A DNA stretch of 64,000 nt from Auanema rhodensis (taxonomy: Eukaryota > Animalia > Nematoda): assembly GCA_964057225.1 (NCBI GenBank), contig OZ059899.1:5828001-5892000 (forward strand). Reading direction: 5' to 3'. The position numbers were made by a program, and so were the translations under genes. The stretch's first letter is position 1, and each line of letters starts with the position of its first letter. This document shows, one piece after another, positions 39,301-53,383 of the stretch. The notes beneath the pieces were generated by a model that was given only the letters and a program-made list of their open reading frames with translations, was not told the DNA's origin and did no database searches.

Positions 39301-42300
39301 CTAAACGTGATAATAAGAGAACCATATTCGAAATAAATTGGCCCAATTGATGAAAACGGTTTTTCTGAAATAAGAACAATGATTTCAAGAATATTATAGA
39401 TTTTTTGTTTTTTCTTTACATTAGAAAAAACAACTGAAATTTCAAATTAATACATTTCTTACCTTTTGTGGCACCAAGAAGTTTTAATAATATTCGCTCA
39501 TAACTTCTTTGTGCTATTGATACTGGTAAATTACCAACAAAAACAGCATGATCGTGAGGATCTTCCTTTTCTTGAAGGTAAAAACGAAGAAGATGATATC
39601 GCCGTAAAGAATCCTTTATATAAATTAAAGTTTAATTTCAATATTTTCATGAATGTTCATACCTTTCGAAGATTTCTAACCAGTTGCAACATATTTTCTT
39701 GTGGATTACAGGTCCGTTCAGCAACACCAGTATCCAGCGAGACTTCAATCAAATTGTACCTTGAAAATAAATTTTAAAATAAAACAATGTGTATGATAAC
39801 TATGTATATTAAACTATAAATAAAATATTAAAATATACTAACTTATTCCAGTTCGTTGTATCCAAACCAAAAACACGAAGACCTTCACTAATACAATCTT
39901 GAACAATTGTTTCTCGTGTAACAGACATACTGTATGGAGCTACAGAAACTCTTAAAAATAATTATTTTGTATTTATATAATTTATATGTTATAGATTACC
40001 TTAACCATCCTCCATATATACGTATAATATCTTTTTCCGGATCTTTATCTTTATGTCGCAGAAAAACTTGCGCTCGACGTCCTTCTGGTCGCTTAACATT
40101 CCGAAGAGGTACTGGATCTTCGAGGGCTTCTTCTTCACCTACTACAATCGAAATTCACTTTGCTTTGACGCTATTAAGCACTTACCATCTCCAGGAACTT
40201 GAGTCACATTATAACTCTCGGGATTATCGAAAATTTGAAATTTCCGTAAAGCAGTGTCCTTCAATGAAAATTGTTAGAGATAAGAAAAAAACAATATGAC
40301 AAACTCTTATCTGTTGAACAGTAGAAGTTTTAGGAACTGATATTGTCCGAAAAACTTGCGAGCGTAATGAACTATTGCCATCGAAAACTCGAAGAACCTC
40401 CGAATCTTCTCGTTCCTGTATGCAGAATGAGAATTAGAGTTTTGATTGTAACCTTATGTATACCTTGATATCATCTCCACTGGAACTAGCCTCATCAGGT
40501 TGAATCTTTTGTGGCGAAGAAACTGAAACAAATCAAAGATTTCAAAAAATACTTAGAATCTTATGCAAAAAAGTAATGTACTAATCATGCACATCGTATT
40601 GATCTAGTTAACTATATAATATAAAAAGAAAAAAGAAGATTGGAAAATATGGATAGAAGACTAGTGCAATACACTCAAGAGAAAGGACAGTGGAATGAAC
40701 TCTGACCCTTACGAGACTGTGGCTGATCCGCAGTGATATTGAGTAAAGCTTCCATAGGTAATTCTGTTCGTGGAATTGTCAAACATGGCGGAGGCAACAG
40801 AATCTTCTTGAGGGCTCCAAATTCGCAACTTTCAGGCATCTGACGCGAACAGCTATAATGTGCCTAAAATACAATAATATTATATAATAATTTGCATAAT
40901 TAAGGTTCATATGTTCTTACCGTTAACCCACACCAAAGACATCGAACGCCGGTAAAGCATTCTGATGAGTAGCAACCTTTTCGACAAACACAACATTTGG
41001 ATTCTCGAGGTAAATTTCCTTCTCGCAAATGATGTTCATGTATATGACCTCGCTGAAAATAAATTTAAGTTTACGTATTGTTTCAGGATATTATCACTTT
41101 TTTATCAATTTTCTCTTTTAAATTTAATCTTCATAGCAACTAAACTTGTTTTTCAATTTTATTTTGTGTGCTTTCATTTTTTTTCATCTCGTTTCTCTTT
41201 TCCCGCTTTTCTTAACTATGTAATTCAGTTAAAAAATCTATATTTTCAAACATAATATACAAATTATCTTGTTTCCAAGGTTTTTCCATGTGACTTTTTG
41301 CCTATTTCTATTAATCATCCCTTATTTTTCTACATTTTGCACCCTTATAAACCATAGAGATAAAGGGGAATCTACGTGCCGAAAGGTTCTGAGTGGGAGG
41401 AAAGTAAGGCGATGAGAGGATAGAGTAAATCTGGAGCACCCACCGAAAAAGGACTCGAATAGGGAGGGAGAATGAGGCATAGAGGGAGAGTGTGTCTGAG
41501 TGAGGAAAAAACGAGATGGATCTCGTAGGCAGCGCCATATCGACCGTTCGCCAGCCTTCACTCTGGTTAGCCTATTTTCCAAAAAGGGGGAGGCGAGAAG
41601 AGCATAGAAAGGAGAAAGAACGAGCGAAACAAAACAAAAAACGGAGAGACGGCAAGAGAAGTAGAGATGACGAGAGAGAGGTAGAGAACGAAAGAACGAC
41701 AGCCTTCATAGTATTCTGCTGGCTCGCATTCTGTCCACGCCTTCCTCCCTCTCTATGTACTCGTTTGTCTGCAGCAGGCTTCGACACCCCGATCTGCCTT
41801 TCTCTGCGATGCAAAAGCCTGTGACTCTTCCGCGCTCTCTTCTCTCTTCATGTATTTTCAGTTCTCTTGATGCCATAGTATGCATGATCCCTGCAGTCCT
41901 TTTCCGTCTTCACTCTCTGCCTGCCGCAGCTCCCTCCACTGTTCTGTTCTTCTTGCCTTCTTTAGACTCTTTTTGCTTTTTCAAGCGATAGAAGCAGTAG
42001 CAGCAGCAGCAGCAGCAGCAGTAACAGCCTCCTCGTCGCAAACCTACTTCTTCAAACCGACCCATAGCCACATATCGACAAAGCGTAATGAGCAAGGAAA
42101 TGATGTCATTTCTCTTCAGCGCTTCACCCTCGTTCTCTCCCTCTTCGTTTTGTTCTCTGGCTCCTTATCTACTTCTCTGATTCTCGTTGCTTTTTTTTAA
42201 AAAGACACTTCGTCTCCACTCTCAGTCTCTTCTTCTCTGAGCCTAGTTACCATTACGGGAGAAAGCTCTCAAGGGAAAGCCCATTTTGCTTTTTTTGGCT

Positions 42301-43045
42301 CATTTACATGCAATATCTCTTTGATAGTGCCGAAATAGACACTTTTGAACTGCGATATATGAACGATTCCATCAAGAAATTGCGCAAATAACTCCCCTTG
42401 GTTCTATTATGAGTATTTTATACAAAAAAAGTAATGGGAATAAAATAACTAAAAGACATGGACAACTGTTTGAATGGGCTGATAAGGCTGATGAGCAAGT
42501 AATTACAATAAATCTAGCATTCAAGATTAAACTGTAAGAATATCAAGCTTAATACTTGTCAATAATTGAACAAAGTAAATAAATATTTGATAAAAAAAGA
42601 AAATAATGAATGTAAAACAAGAAAGAAAATTTAACTTACAGGGTCTAGACTTGGAACATATGTAGCTGCTTCTTTACAATTTGATACAGCAAGGTCCATA
42701 CAATCCACATGAAGATAGTATTCACAGACTGAAATTCAAAATAAATAAAACTATGATCATTTATTATTATTTATTTTAAAATATAATAATATATAATAAT
42801 AACTTTAGTTAAAATAAAAAGAATTCAACTGTACTCACCCTCGCATTCTACAGCCGGCATTTCATCACTCCGTCGACCACATCCATTACAAAATTTCTTT
42901 TTTATCATTCCAGGTAAGGACCATGTATGAGCAACCGGGTTCTTAAATTATAAATTTTATATTTATTCTATATATATATATATTTATTTATTTAATATTT
43001 TAAAGTTTTATTTTTATAAATATATGTACATACATATAAATATAA

Positions 43046-43092
<47 letters not shown>

Positions 43093-43904
43093 TATACATA
43101 CATTTATTTATTTATATTTTTGTTAATTTATTTTCAAAGAAAAAAAAAGAGTTAACAGATCATAGAGGAAAAGATATAAATAGATGTGATTCTCTCCTGT
43201 TTATGCAACTGACTTCATAGAGTGTCAATCACCTAATTAGCTAATTTTTGTTTTCTTAGAAATTATTTATCAGTCTTTCTTAGTGTTCTGAGAGTAAAGA
43301 GAAGCTATGATAATATGTTATGCCGGAAGCCATTTCCGTGACAGATTGAAAGATAAATATTTGATAAAAAAGCATAAATTCAGACTATGAATACTCACCT
43401 TAACGAGCTGTCGAGCAAGGCCACAACAGTTGGAAACAATGCTTCTCACGCATTTTTCATGAGTGACAAAATTACAAACTGAAACAATTATGAATATTAT
43501 TTATATTATAAACTTTATTAATATAATTATTTATATTTATATAAACATTAATAAATGAACGCTAAAATAAAACTTTTTTGTTCGAAGAAAAATAGCAAAA
43601 AAAAACAAAAAAAATATGAACTTTAAATATAAAAAAAACATTTTTCATGTTGAAAAACAAAAAATAGACTTGAATATACATTTCAATCTGTCTTTTTTGA
43701 TTTTATTACAAACATCTCTTCAAGTTGTTAGAAAGATTTGAACCTACTTTCGCAAACAAATCCTTGCGTGAGCATTCCCCACATCTTATCACTGCAATGA
43801 TTACAGTAGGTTGGTTTGCCAAAAGTCTTTTTAAGGAAGTAATGGCCGTTGTCTTTGCCAATGACAACATTAGTTGCTTCCACGTTGTGGCCTTCAGCCG
43901 CCAT
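36315..43904 (-). CDS. dgk-1: Diacylglycerol kinase theta ortholog (three C1 domains, RA region, catalytic and accessory domains); isoform A
   Basis: Starts [37 protein letters not shown] immediately after TTCAG. Contains three C1 motifs, [64 protein letters not shown] and PVQVDGEP. Ends [12 protein letters not shown]...[10 protein letters not shown]. Confidence 0.96.
37150..37288. repeat. GA-rich simple repeat in the last dgk-1 intron
   Basis: Direct reading. Confidence 0.85.
41376..41480 (-). CDS. dgk-1: Candidate internal alternative first exon of dgk-1
   Basis: CTCAG acceptor 15 nt before ATG 41480, 35 open codons ([35 protein letters not shown]) and a phase-0 CAC|GTAGAT donor matching the phase-0 exon that encodes the third C1 domain. 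Confidence 0.4.
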
Positions 43905-44864
43905 CTGAAGAAAAAAATATATTTCTAATTGAATACTTCTAGCACGTTCTTTAGCTAAGAATATCATTGGGTATTCTCTCTTTAATTCTCTCTCTCCATC
44001 TCTCCCTCTCACTCTCTCTCTCCCTCTGAATGTCTACATAGATATTTGTAGTTTCAAAAAAAAAAAGTAATTATACATATGCTAAATAAAATAAAAAATT
44101 ATATTCAAGAAGAGTAAATGACAATACTAATAAAAATATATTAAATGATTATTATATAAATAAATATATGAAGAGGACCCAGTTATATATAAATTAAATA
44201 TTTTTTAATAATATTAAGGATTAAAAAATCACCTGTTCTATTTATCTACTTACTACGCAGCTAACATGGTTTGTACATTTTTAGTCTGAAAAGGCTATAA
44301 AAAAAGATTTTGATATAAATTATATTAGAGAGAAAGAAAAATTTGTTAATTTGAGAAACAGATTAATAATAAAATAAATACGAAAAAAGAGCAGAGAACA
44401 ATCATTATAAAATTTGGAAGTTTATTTATACAGATTACTAGAGGAAAAGCTGTTAATGATATTGATTGATAAACTAAAATCATATAGAATTTAATATCAA
44501 TCATCAATTAATATATAATAAAAGAATAAAAATTCCTTTATAAATTCCATATTAGCAACTGTTTTCAAGAAGGTTACCATTTTAAAAGATGTAAAATAAA
44601 TAAAAAGTCTCATTGTGAGATAAAAAGACGGCAATGAGTGATGATGATGAGATGTAAGAAGAATGAGAATGATATTGAGAACAACCTATGGTGATAACAT
44701 TTCGTATATAAGATATAATTTAATAGGAGAAAGACATGTGATAATCAATTTATAATTAGAAAAAAAGATAACAATCAGTTTATATTAATAAACAATGATT
44801 TGTGAACGCAAAATACAAGTTGTATACAAAGCGAGTAAGAGCTTCGAGTTTGTTAGTTTGGCCT

Positions 44865-45200
44865 AACTAAGCTGGACTGGGCTGAGACGAGGACAAGCGG
44901 CTGGTTGGTTGGCTGGCTGCTCGCTGGGCTGGCTGACTGGCCGAGTCGAGCCAAGCTGAGCCGGAGCGGGGGGAGGAGAGGACTAGGATAGGAAGGATGA
45001 AGGCAGAGAGATGGCAGAAAAAGGGAGACAGAGGGACAGAGAAGGAGGGAGGGAAAGAAGGAGAAGAGGGGTAAAGGCTGCTCCGTGGGGCGAAGAGATA
45101 CGAAAAGCTCATTTTCAATTCAACTATCGAAAGAGGATAAGAAGGAGAGCCGGGGCGAAACGACGAGCTTCTCTCAGAGGGAGGTCTCGAAAACCAGGAA
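44865..45200 (-). promoter_or_regulatory. GC/GA-rich promoter-like region upstream of dgk-1
   Basis: Sharp GC rise with GGCT-type repeats and purine tracts ~1 kb upstream of the dgk-1 ATG; no credible ORF. Confidence 0.35.
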
Positions 45201-47630
45201 AAAAAATGAAACTGATTTTGTATTTTGTATTTTGCTCCTAGCTGCTCGGTAAGTTATTGTATGAGCTGAATAATGTATGTTGTGATATCACTTTCTGCCC
45301 AGGCTACAATTGCTTCATGCAAAGCTCACAATTTCGTTCGAAGGTCTTCTCCATCAACTCTGTTACATTGGTTCTGTAGTCATATGTGTAAGTCCGTTGT
45401 CTCCTTAATTCTATTAATCCATATCAAACGAACTATTCAGAAAACGAGACTATCGATCTTTTCTTTCTTTTTTATTTCGTATTTGACTACTCAATTAAAC
45501 AGTTTCAATAAAAGTACAAATTGAAATTTAAATCATAACAAGGAAAACTATCCAAGTATTATCCTTGAAAAGCTAATAATTTTCTAGCCAAACACGCAAT
45601 AAAACCTATAATCAAAATATAATGAAAGAAAACGAGCAAACGGGTAAAAAATAAAAGATGAATATCTGATTTTCCACACATGTCAATCCAAGTCCTCTTT
45701 CTCTCACAATTCTTCCTCTTCCGTCACTATCTTACTATTCAAACCACCATCATTGAATTTTTTTCTTCCTCTCTTTCTCTCCGTTTTACTTTTCTCTACG
45801 TCTGGTTAAGAGAGAATTGCTTGTTACGTAGAACCATAAATTAGACGACGTTTATGGTTGGTCTCAAGCTTGTCATTCACGTGATTACGAATATTCATCA
45901 TCATAATTAGCTTTTCAACTACGAACCTAAAACTTGAAATCATGTAGGTGGTTAATGTCACGTAATCTTGATAGCAAGATAAAAAGCTTGGTTCGGTTAA
46001 ATTTGAGATTAAACGAAATCAAACGGCTTGTATCCATGTTTTGTGCTTGAAATGAACAATTTAACTAGATTCTATCAAGATATTCAGAGAGGATATTAAA
46101 TTTGTTATGATTTATTATTTATAAGATTAAACTTTAATCGATTTAACTGATTTTACTGGCGATTAACCAAACGGGTCGAATTGAACGTATATAGTTTGAA
46201 AATACCTATATCAGGTTACCTGCTGATTAGTAAAGGTTATTGGAAGAATTAGGTGAATAGTTTCAAATCCGAATAAAGCCAGATTGGCAGAATTCAATTT
46301 TTTCGAACTCAACGTTTATTAATATGTCAGGAGGCATGCACGTAATATTACAGGATTAACAAAAATTTGTAAGCTACAAAATAAATTAGGCCAAGTAAGT
46401 GGCTAACTAAACAAATTCGTTCAAGCCAATTATAATTTTCAAATCGCTTTCTCGGGTTAGGAAACGTTTTTATAGAAACGAGCAGAATTCCTTTTTGGAA
46501 TTGTTATCCGACATTTGAGAAAATAGATTACTATTGGTGAATAAGGTTAGGATATTCTATGTTCGAACATCATTTGAGCTTTGCATTAACACAGTTTCGT
46601 TCTGGAGTATTTAATACACATGCTAATTGAAGAAAGATTTGGAGATAAAAAAAAGAGCGAAAGCGCAGCTTAAGACACAGCTGTCAGAGCAGATTACAGA
46701 ATGTGAAAAAATACACCAATTGCAGGCAAAATATACAAGAAGTTATTATATACGGTTAAGAAATGGACTAAAAAAAGAAAAAAACATGCTGGAAAAGGCT
46801 GGTTGAGCATTATGCGGGTGAAGGCGCCTGAGGTCTGTATGGGCAAGCGCAGATCGATAGGCAGGGTTGCAACTGAGCACGAGACATTGTGTTGAAGCCA
46901 GAGTGTGGGCAGGAAAGCAGAGAAAAAGAGAATTTAGAAAGGATGCCGAGAAAAAAACAGATGGAAAAAGAATTCTGACAAAAAAACGTGCACATGATTA
47001 GAAGGATCATGTACGAATTTCAACAGAATATTGTAAACTCAAGATCGTGATATTAAAAATCGTCGGCCCTACATCAATATGTTGTAAACTATGAATATAA
47101 CGATAAATAGAACGAATTGAACAAAATACGAAATCGAAAACGAGCACATCCCCTGGCAATATACAGATGCACATATGCACAGTGTGGACCTGTTTCTGTA
47201 TGAACTGCGAAATCCTCGTCGTGACCTCTCCCTCCCGCTGTCTTTGTAGCTTTAAACAGCAACCAAATTGAAGCTCTTGAATCCGTGTTGACGACACAAG
47301 ATGAAGTAAAGAGGTGCATCCAGAGAATAAAGATAACTACTTCCATAGAAGTTTTTTCTTTAAAGCCGTTCGGAGTCACGAGCAAAAGGGAGGCTTGCTA
47401 AAGAGACTGATACAACATCAATTTAACAATTAGGTTATCAGCTTTAACGTGATTTTGTATAAAGAAATCGAAGAATTTCATTTTTCATTATTTCTTAAAG
47501 AATATATATTCGTTAGCATATTTCCTTATATGTGAATTAAAGCGAAAAATCATTTTAAAAATAATTAAGTGCAGAAATGTAGCATCTTTCATCAGAATAT
47601 ATATTTATATATACTATATATTATATATTA

Positions 47631-47672
<42 letters not shown>

Positions 47673-50348
47673 TTCGATATTGCTACAGTACATCACCTTT
47701 TCCCTATCGAGGAGCAGGAACACAAAGGTTCCGATTGTTAGAAAAAAAACTCCAAAATAATGTAAAGGAAAATAAATGAACAATAACCTCACAAAACACT
47801 CAAAACTTGGATAGAAATAATAACAATAATTTTCCAGTTTTACAGGAATCTTGCATGCATATCTGTTGTTCAAGTTAATCCTAGAAGTTGTAAGCTTGCT
47901 TCCCCGCATTAAGCAACTTCTCGAGCACTTGCTCGAACCGTTGGTGTATACATATACAATGAAGGAGAGAAGGAGGCTGAGATTGAGCGGCTGCGATGTC
48001 CAACATGGAGAACTCATACATTGTGCTAACGGCTTGTAGCTTGCCAGTGAGAGTCCATATTCCCACAGTCCGTCATCTAATGATAATTCCTTTCACGGAA
48101 AAACAGCCAAGACCCACGCACGACCGGAAAATCGCTTCTCTCCGTCCCTACTTTCTTCGTCTTTCATTCCTCACACTTATACTCCCAGCTCTTGTAACAT
48201 AGCAAGGTAATCAGAGGGATATGCAAGTACGAGTTTTGACAATACTTATTGAAGAACTAGTTAGGGAAAGGAAGCGAAGCAACACAAACGCCTAAAGATT
48301 GGCATGAATTGAAAAATCAAAGCACCTCGTCGAATAAAGAGTCACGAAATGGAATAAGAAAGAGCAGCATTGGAGTTCCCCATTTAGATTTGAGAATTTG
48401 CAATTTTATATTACATATTTGAAGAGAACTAGCCAGCTTTTCGACGACTGCCGCTGTTTGTCTTCGGAACTCCTGTATGATTTTAACATAGATAAGCTAT
48501 TTATAATATATAAATAATATTTATAAATAAAAAATATACATATACATACATGGGTGTATATGTATATATTACTGTCTCTCATTCACTCTCATTGTATCTG
48601 CTCTGGCCTCTCACGAACTCTACTGCCTCCTGCGTCACTCTCCTTCTTTTATACTGCTTTAGGGAAAGCCTCGCTGTCTGAACCTCAGCATGAGGTTCCG
48701 CTTTTTTCGTTTTCTTTGTCCATCTGCCTTCATAGAGAGAAAAAGAAAAACGAGAAAGAGAGCAGAGCGCTCTTGGGTACAAATTGATTGGCTCCCCATA
48801 ATTCGCTCGTTGGTTGTTATATATAAATATAAATACAAAGAATAAATAAATAAATATAAAAATATATTTATTTACTTATATATTTATAAATATATGGCAT
48901 ATTATGGCTTTTTTAACTTAATTGAGATTGAAATCAAACGTTACTAAACATTTATCCGTTCATCTCTTGCTTCTCCACTTTATTCTTTTAAACTAAAGGA
49001 GCAATCGATGAAGGAACCTGAAAACGTTTACTTCCAAATACGAAAACGACGGAAATACCTTTGCCACTCTGCTCAAGGATCGGGAATCGAACCGATATTT
49101 TTTTTGCCTCTGATGCAGTTGAATCTGACTAACTATTCCGTTTAAAAAGGAAACTCCAGTCTTTCCCGCCCCTTAACTGATTGCCTTTTTGTTCGTTACA
49201 TCCGTTAGTTCGATATTGTCTCTAGACATTGAAGATTACAAAATAAGAAAGAGAGAAGTTGAAAAATAGAATAAAATGAAACCTCGAAAATGGAGGTCAA
49301 TCTTTTGTAATAATGAAGTTGCTTGCAAGACTGAAACTGAAAAGAAATTTCAATCTGCCTAACCATCATGTTGTCTATCAGAATGAGCCTCAAAGAAAAG
49401 AGTGTGCTTTCCCAGCTGATTTCGGAAATAAGCTGAAAAGAGTCTGATTAGACTAGAAACTCATCCAATTTTTGAAATTTGGCTACAACTGTCATCATCA
49501 TTCTTACTTAATTGAATTTTGAAAAATCATTCTTATATGGGATAAAAAGTAATAACGATATCTAAGTGGCAGACATAAAAAGGATCCTTCCGAACGAATG
49601 AGCAAAGTTGAAGTAAGCCTCTGCTTGGCTGAGTATATCAAGTATTTTGAGTAGTTGAATATAGTAGATTTTTCATCCATAGAAAGGAAATTGCTCATGA
49701 CATGACTTCCATTAAAGGTGTTTGTAATGATTGGACCCCTTCGAGACAGCTAATGGATTGGAAAGTAAAGTTTTTAGCAGAAAATAAATATTCTGTTGTC
49801 TAACAAAATTTGTTAGTTTAAAAGATACATGTTAGATCAGGTTTACTACAATACGTCTTACCGTTCACTATGCTGCAAACTATTTGGATTCAAAACATTT
49901 CTCAAAATATTTTTGGAACGCCCATACCTGGGAGTGAAAACAAATGATACATATAAAATTTTGTTTATACACATATATTTCCGTAGAGAGAAGCATTTAA
50001 AAATAATTTACTAAAACGAATTAAATAATGATTGTCATCAACAGAGATCATTATACACAAGTAAGAGTACTGAATATGAATACGATAGTATAATAGAACA
50101 AATATATAGATCTTCAGATGTAAAAAATAATTTTGGATAATGATTTGATTCATACTAATGAATCAACCAAAGCTTGGGACTCTACATATACTAAGAGAAA
50201 AAGATGTTATTGCGAACAAGTTGATGTTAAATTAAACGTTCGAGTATAAAATGCTGTTGTTATTTAATGGTATTATATTCGTCAGTTCAGTATAATCAGA
50301 ACACATATAACTATGTGACGTTTGATATGGAAATGTGTTTAAGATATA

Positions 50349-51341
50349 TTATCCTGAAAAGCCATTCACATTGGATGGAGCTTTTGTAGCTTGGAACGAA
50401 GGATCCCATAAATCTTCACCGCCATCAACTTCATCCTAAAAAAATTAAATTAACTAAATCTTGTTTTTATGAAACTACTCTCCTATCAATAATGTTGCAA
50501 GCTTAATTCAAAGATTAACCAAAAACAAACTAATTAACGTACCACTTTTCCGAAAAAGAATTGTTCAATTCGACCAGTACCACTTTCCGGAATAGTCCAA
50601 TCGGTACCGGCAACTCTTTAATAATATTTATTTAAACTATAAGAAATTTATTTTAAAACCTTTGCCCCTTTTCATTAACTGTAGTAACAACGTTAACAGT
50701 CTTATCTAAAGCTCGAACAAACTTTTCAGCTTTCTTATAATGACGAGATGGTGTGTGAAGGAGTTCACAAACTCTAAAGCAACACTTGATGAATAGAACA
50801 AATATCTTAATTACCGCTGCCATGTGAATGGAGCTCCCTCGAAATCTTCAGCTTTTTTGAGAATACCGGTATACAACTGGGAAAAAAATAAGAACAATAT
50901 ACAGTTATACTAACCTCTAAAAATCCCGGATCCTCTAAGAGCTTAGCTTGGTCGCCATCTTCTTTTTCCATTGAAATCATTTCGTCCATAACAAACTTAT
51001 ATAGAAACATTACAGCAATAATAATCATGTTAGTCATACCTTAATTTTCCATAGAAAGACTGGACGAATCGTAGCCCAAGGTAAAAACGGTTTACCATTT
51101 CGTGAAACCCATTCGAAGTAGCCTTCAACATCTTCTGAAGGATGTTGACGAACGGAATTATCGTCTCTTATTATCATTTCCTCCTATAAAACCCCACCCA
51201 TCAGAATGTCTTTGATAATGAAAATGCCTCGGTTGGAACTTTGAATTCTTCCAATGCTTTCTTATATTTTTCAATGCTAGCTTCATCCACACGAAAATCG
51301 GGTGATGGCTTCAACGGTATGCTATCCAGTGAGGGACTCAT
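50349..51341 (-). CDS. ppfr-2: Protein phosphatase 4 regulatory subunit 2
   Basis: LPWATIRPVFLWKIKFVMDEM and FEGAPFTWQRVCELLHTPSRHYKKAEKFVRALDKTVNVVTT match the PPP4R2 PFTxQRxCELL...KFxRxxxKxVxV motif. Stop at 50349-50351. Confidence 0.88.
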
Positions 51342-51496
51342 CTCAAAACAATATTTGCATTTTTTACCAGAGAATTAAAGTATTGTGTAGAGAAAACTTT
51401 TCAATACAATATGTTAAAAAATTGCCTCATATTTATTTTATTTACGGATGGTCTACCCAATCTGCGCTAACTTAAAACAAAAAACACTATAGCTAT

Positions 51497-53151
51497 TTAG
51501 ATAGAATCTGCGTATGGAACGGAGTGAACGGATCCTGTGCTTGCAATCGAGAACTTGGAAGCAATCTTCTTGGCAGCAGATTCAACATCACTAGCAGTAA
51601 CCTAAATGAAAAATTAATAGACGGAAAAGGCAAGAAAACACGTTACATTTTGAATGGCATTAACAATAGCTCCATCTTCAACGCCAGAAAGAAGTTGTCC
51701 AGCTCTCTCTACAGCATTGTTCTGGCTGTGAGCGGACTCGCGAAGAATATCATTGGTAGCTTGACGCTTGTAAGCTACAATTAAACGCATACAATTCGAA
51801 ACTACGATGAAACAAACACTCAATATCAGAAGCCTTGAAGTTCTTGATGGCGTTGGCAGCAGAGCTAACAACTCCAGCAATTTTGCTTGGTTCGGCTACA
51901 AGATACACACCAGCAAGACCAGCATCCTGGTGGACAGCTTGGAAAGCACTAGCAGCGCCTTGTTCTCCGACAGCCTTGGCAACAGCTCCACTTCCAGCAA
52001 GTCCAGAGAATCTAAGAAAAGACAGAAAATAGAAACAACAGAAAAAAAATCAAACCTGACGGCAGCACTACGTCCAAGAGCATTAAGAAGAACAGATTGA
52101 GTAGCAAGAGCCTTAACATCGCTACCAGCAGCTCCTTGACCAGCGAGTATGACATGAGAGAGTTTTTCAGCTGATTCTAGGGTGAAGGTTCCTCCCTATA
52201 GTATTATTAAACTATATTATTACTAGAATGATCAACAAACATTGTATGGGGAGCTTGCTGGAGCTGAACCGCTAGCAGCACGGATAGGTGCGTGGTTATC
52301 ACCATATGATACAAGTCTGTCGTGTTCAATGTTGGTTCCGAAGAGGACAGCATTTCCAGAGACAAGTCTTTGTTCCTAAAAAATATAATAAACAAAATTA
52401 CACACTTGGAACTTACAGCAAACTTCTGAAGTGTCTTGTAAGAAACTTTTCCAACTTGATGAGCAGCAGCGAATGGAGAATTAGCCAAGTTTCCGTTTCT
52501 GAAAAGGCGACCAATATACAATAATAATATTAAGAACTATTAAAATACTAACCTGAAAGCAGCTTGATGGATTCCATCAAAAACAATATCATAAGCTTGT
52601 CTGTAAGCAATATCAGCTTGAATACTTGGGAGAATCTGAAAATATTTCCCAATAAATAAAACGGCGTACAAAAAAAAATGATTACATCTTCAACATCCCA
52701 GGGCTTGAAGGCTGGTTGAGCAGCAACATGTCCTAATATGGAAAGAGCGACGGCTGTCTGATCTCTGGGAACGGTAAGTGAAACACCGAAAAGGTCGCGA
52801 GATGCGAAAGAGGTGAGGTTTCCTCCAGCAACAGCAGAACTCCAGACAAGGCTTAAACCTGGATATTTCTCGGAGTCGGTTCCAACGGAATTTCTGACGT
52901 GATGTACAAGTCCTCCTTCGTTTTGACCTTGATAACGGGATCCAGCACGGAAAGCTAAGACCAATTGACTGAGGGGCCCACAGTTATCAACGGAAGCAAC
53001 GGTCAATCCACTGGAGAGTTTGGTGACTTGCTCACCCTGTATATCAAAGTATTTCGTTATTAAATTGTATTAAATTTCGATCTACCTTGACAGTCTTAGC
53101 TGAATGAGCAGCAGCAGAGTGTGCTGAACGGATAACTTGACGCGACAGCAT
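51497..53151 (-). CDS. ucr-2: Ubiquinol-cytochrome c reductase core protein 2 (UQCRC2, M16 peptidase-like)
   Basis: Mitochondrial presequence MLSRQVIRSAHSAAA, then VTKLSSGLTVASVD, FRAGSRYQ, AFKPWDVED, IHQAAFRNGNLAN and FQAVHQDAGLAG. Ends TGSVHSVPYADSI*. Confidence 0.93.
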
Positions 53152-53383
53152 GACCAAAAATAGAACCCTAATGAATTAATAATTTAAAGAAAAACTATGA
53201 GGACATATATTCTTGGAAGAAAACCAAGTGAGAATTTCTTAAAAACAATAAAAAAATATATTATTAAGCGTTCAAATTATTAAACAGGACTAAATGAAAT
53301 ACCCGAGGTGAAGCTAACTATGAAAACGTTATTAAATACCTAAATAAACTAAATGAGATAAACGTAAAAAAATGAAATAAAAT

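Noticed and set aside
41910-42095. Poly-Cys ORF ([11 protein letters not shown]) resembling a metallothionein or CYSTM peptide
   Set aside because: It arises from a (GCA)n tract in an intron, starts at a non-ATG codon and has no splice support.
51524-52524. Plus-strand ORFs overlapping ucr-2
   Set aside because: Antisense shadows of a codon-biased gene.
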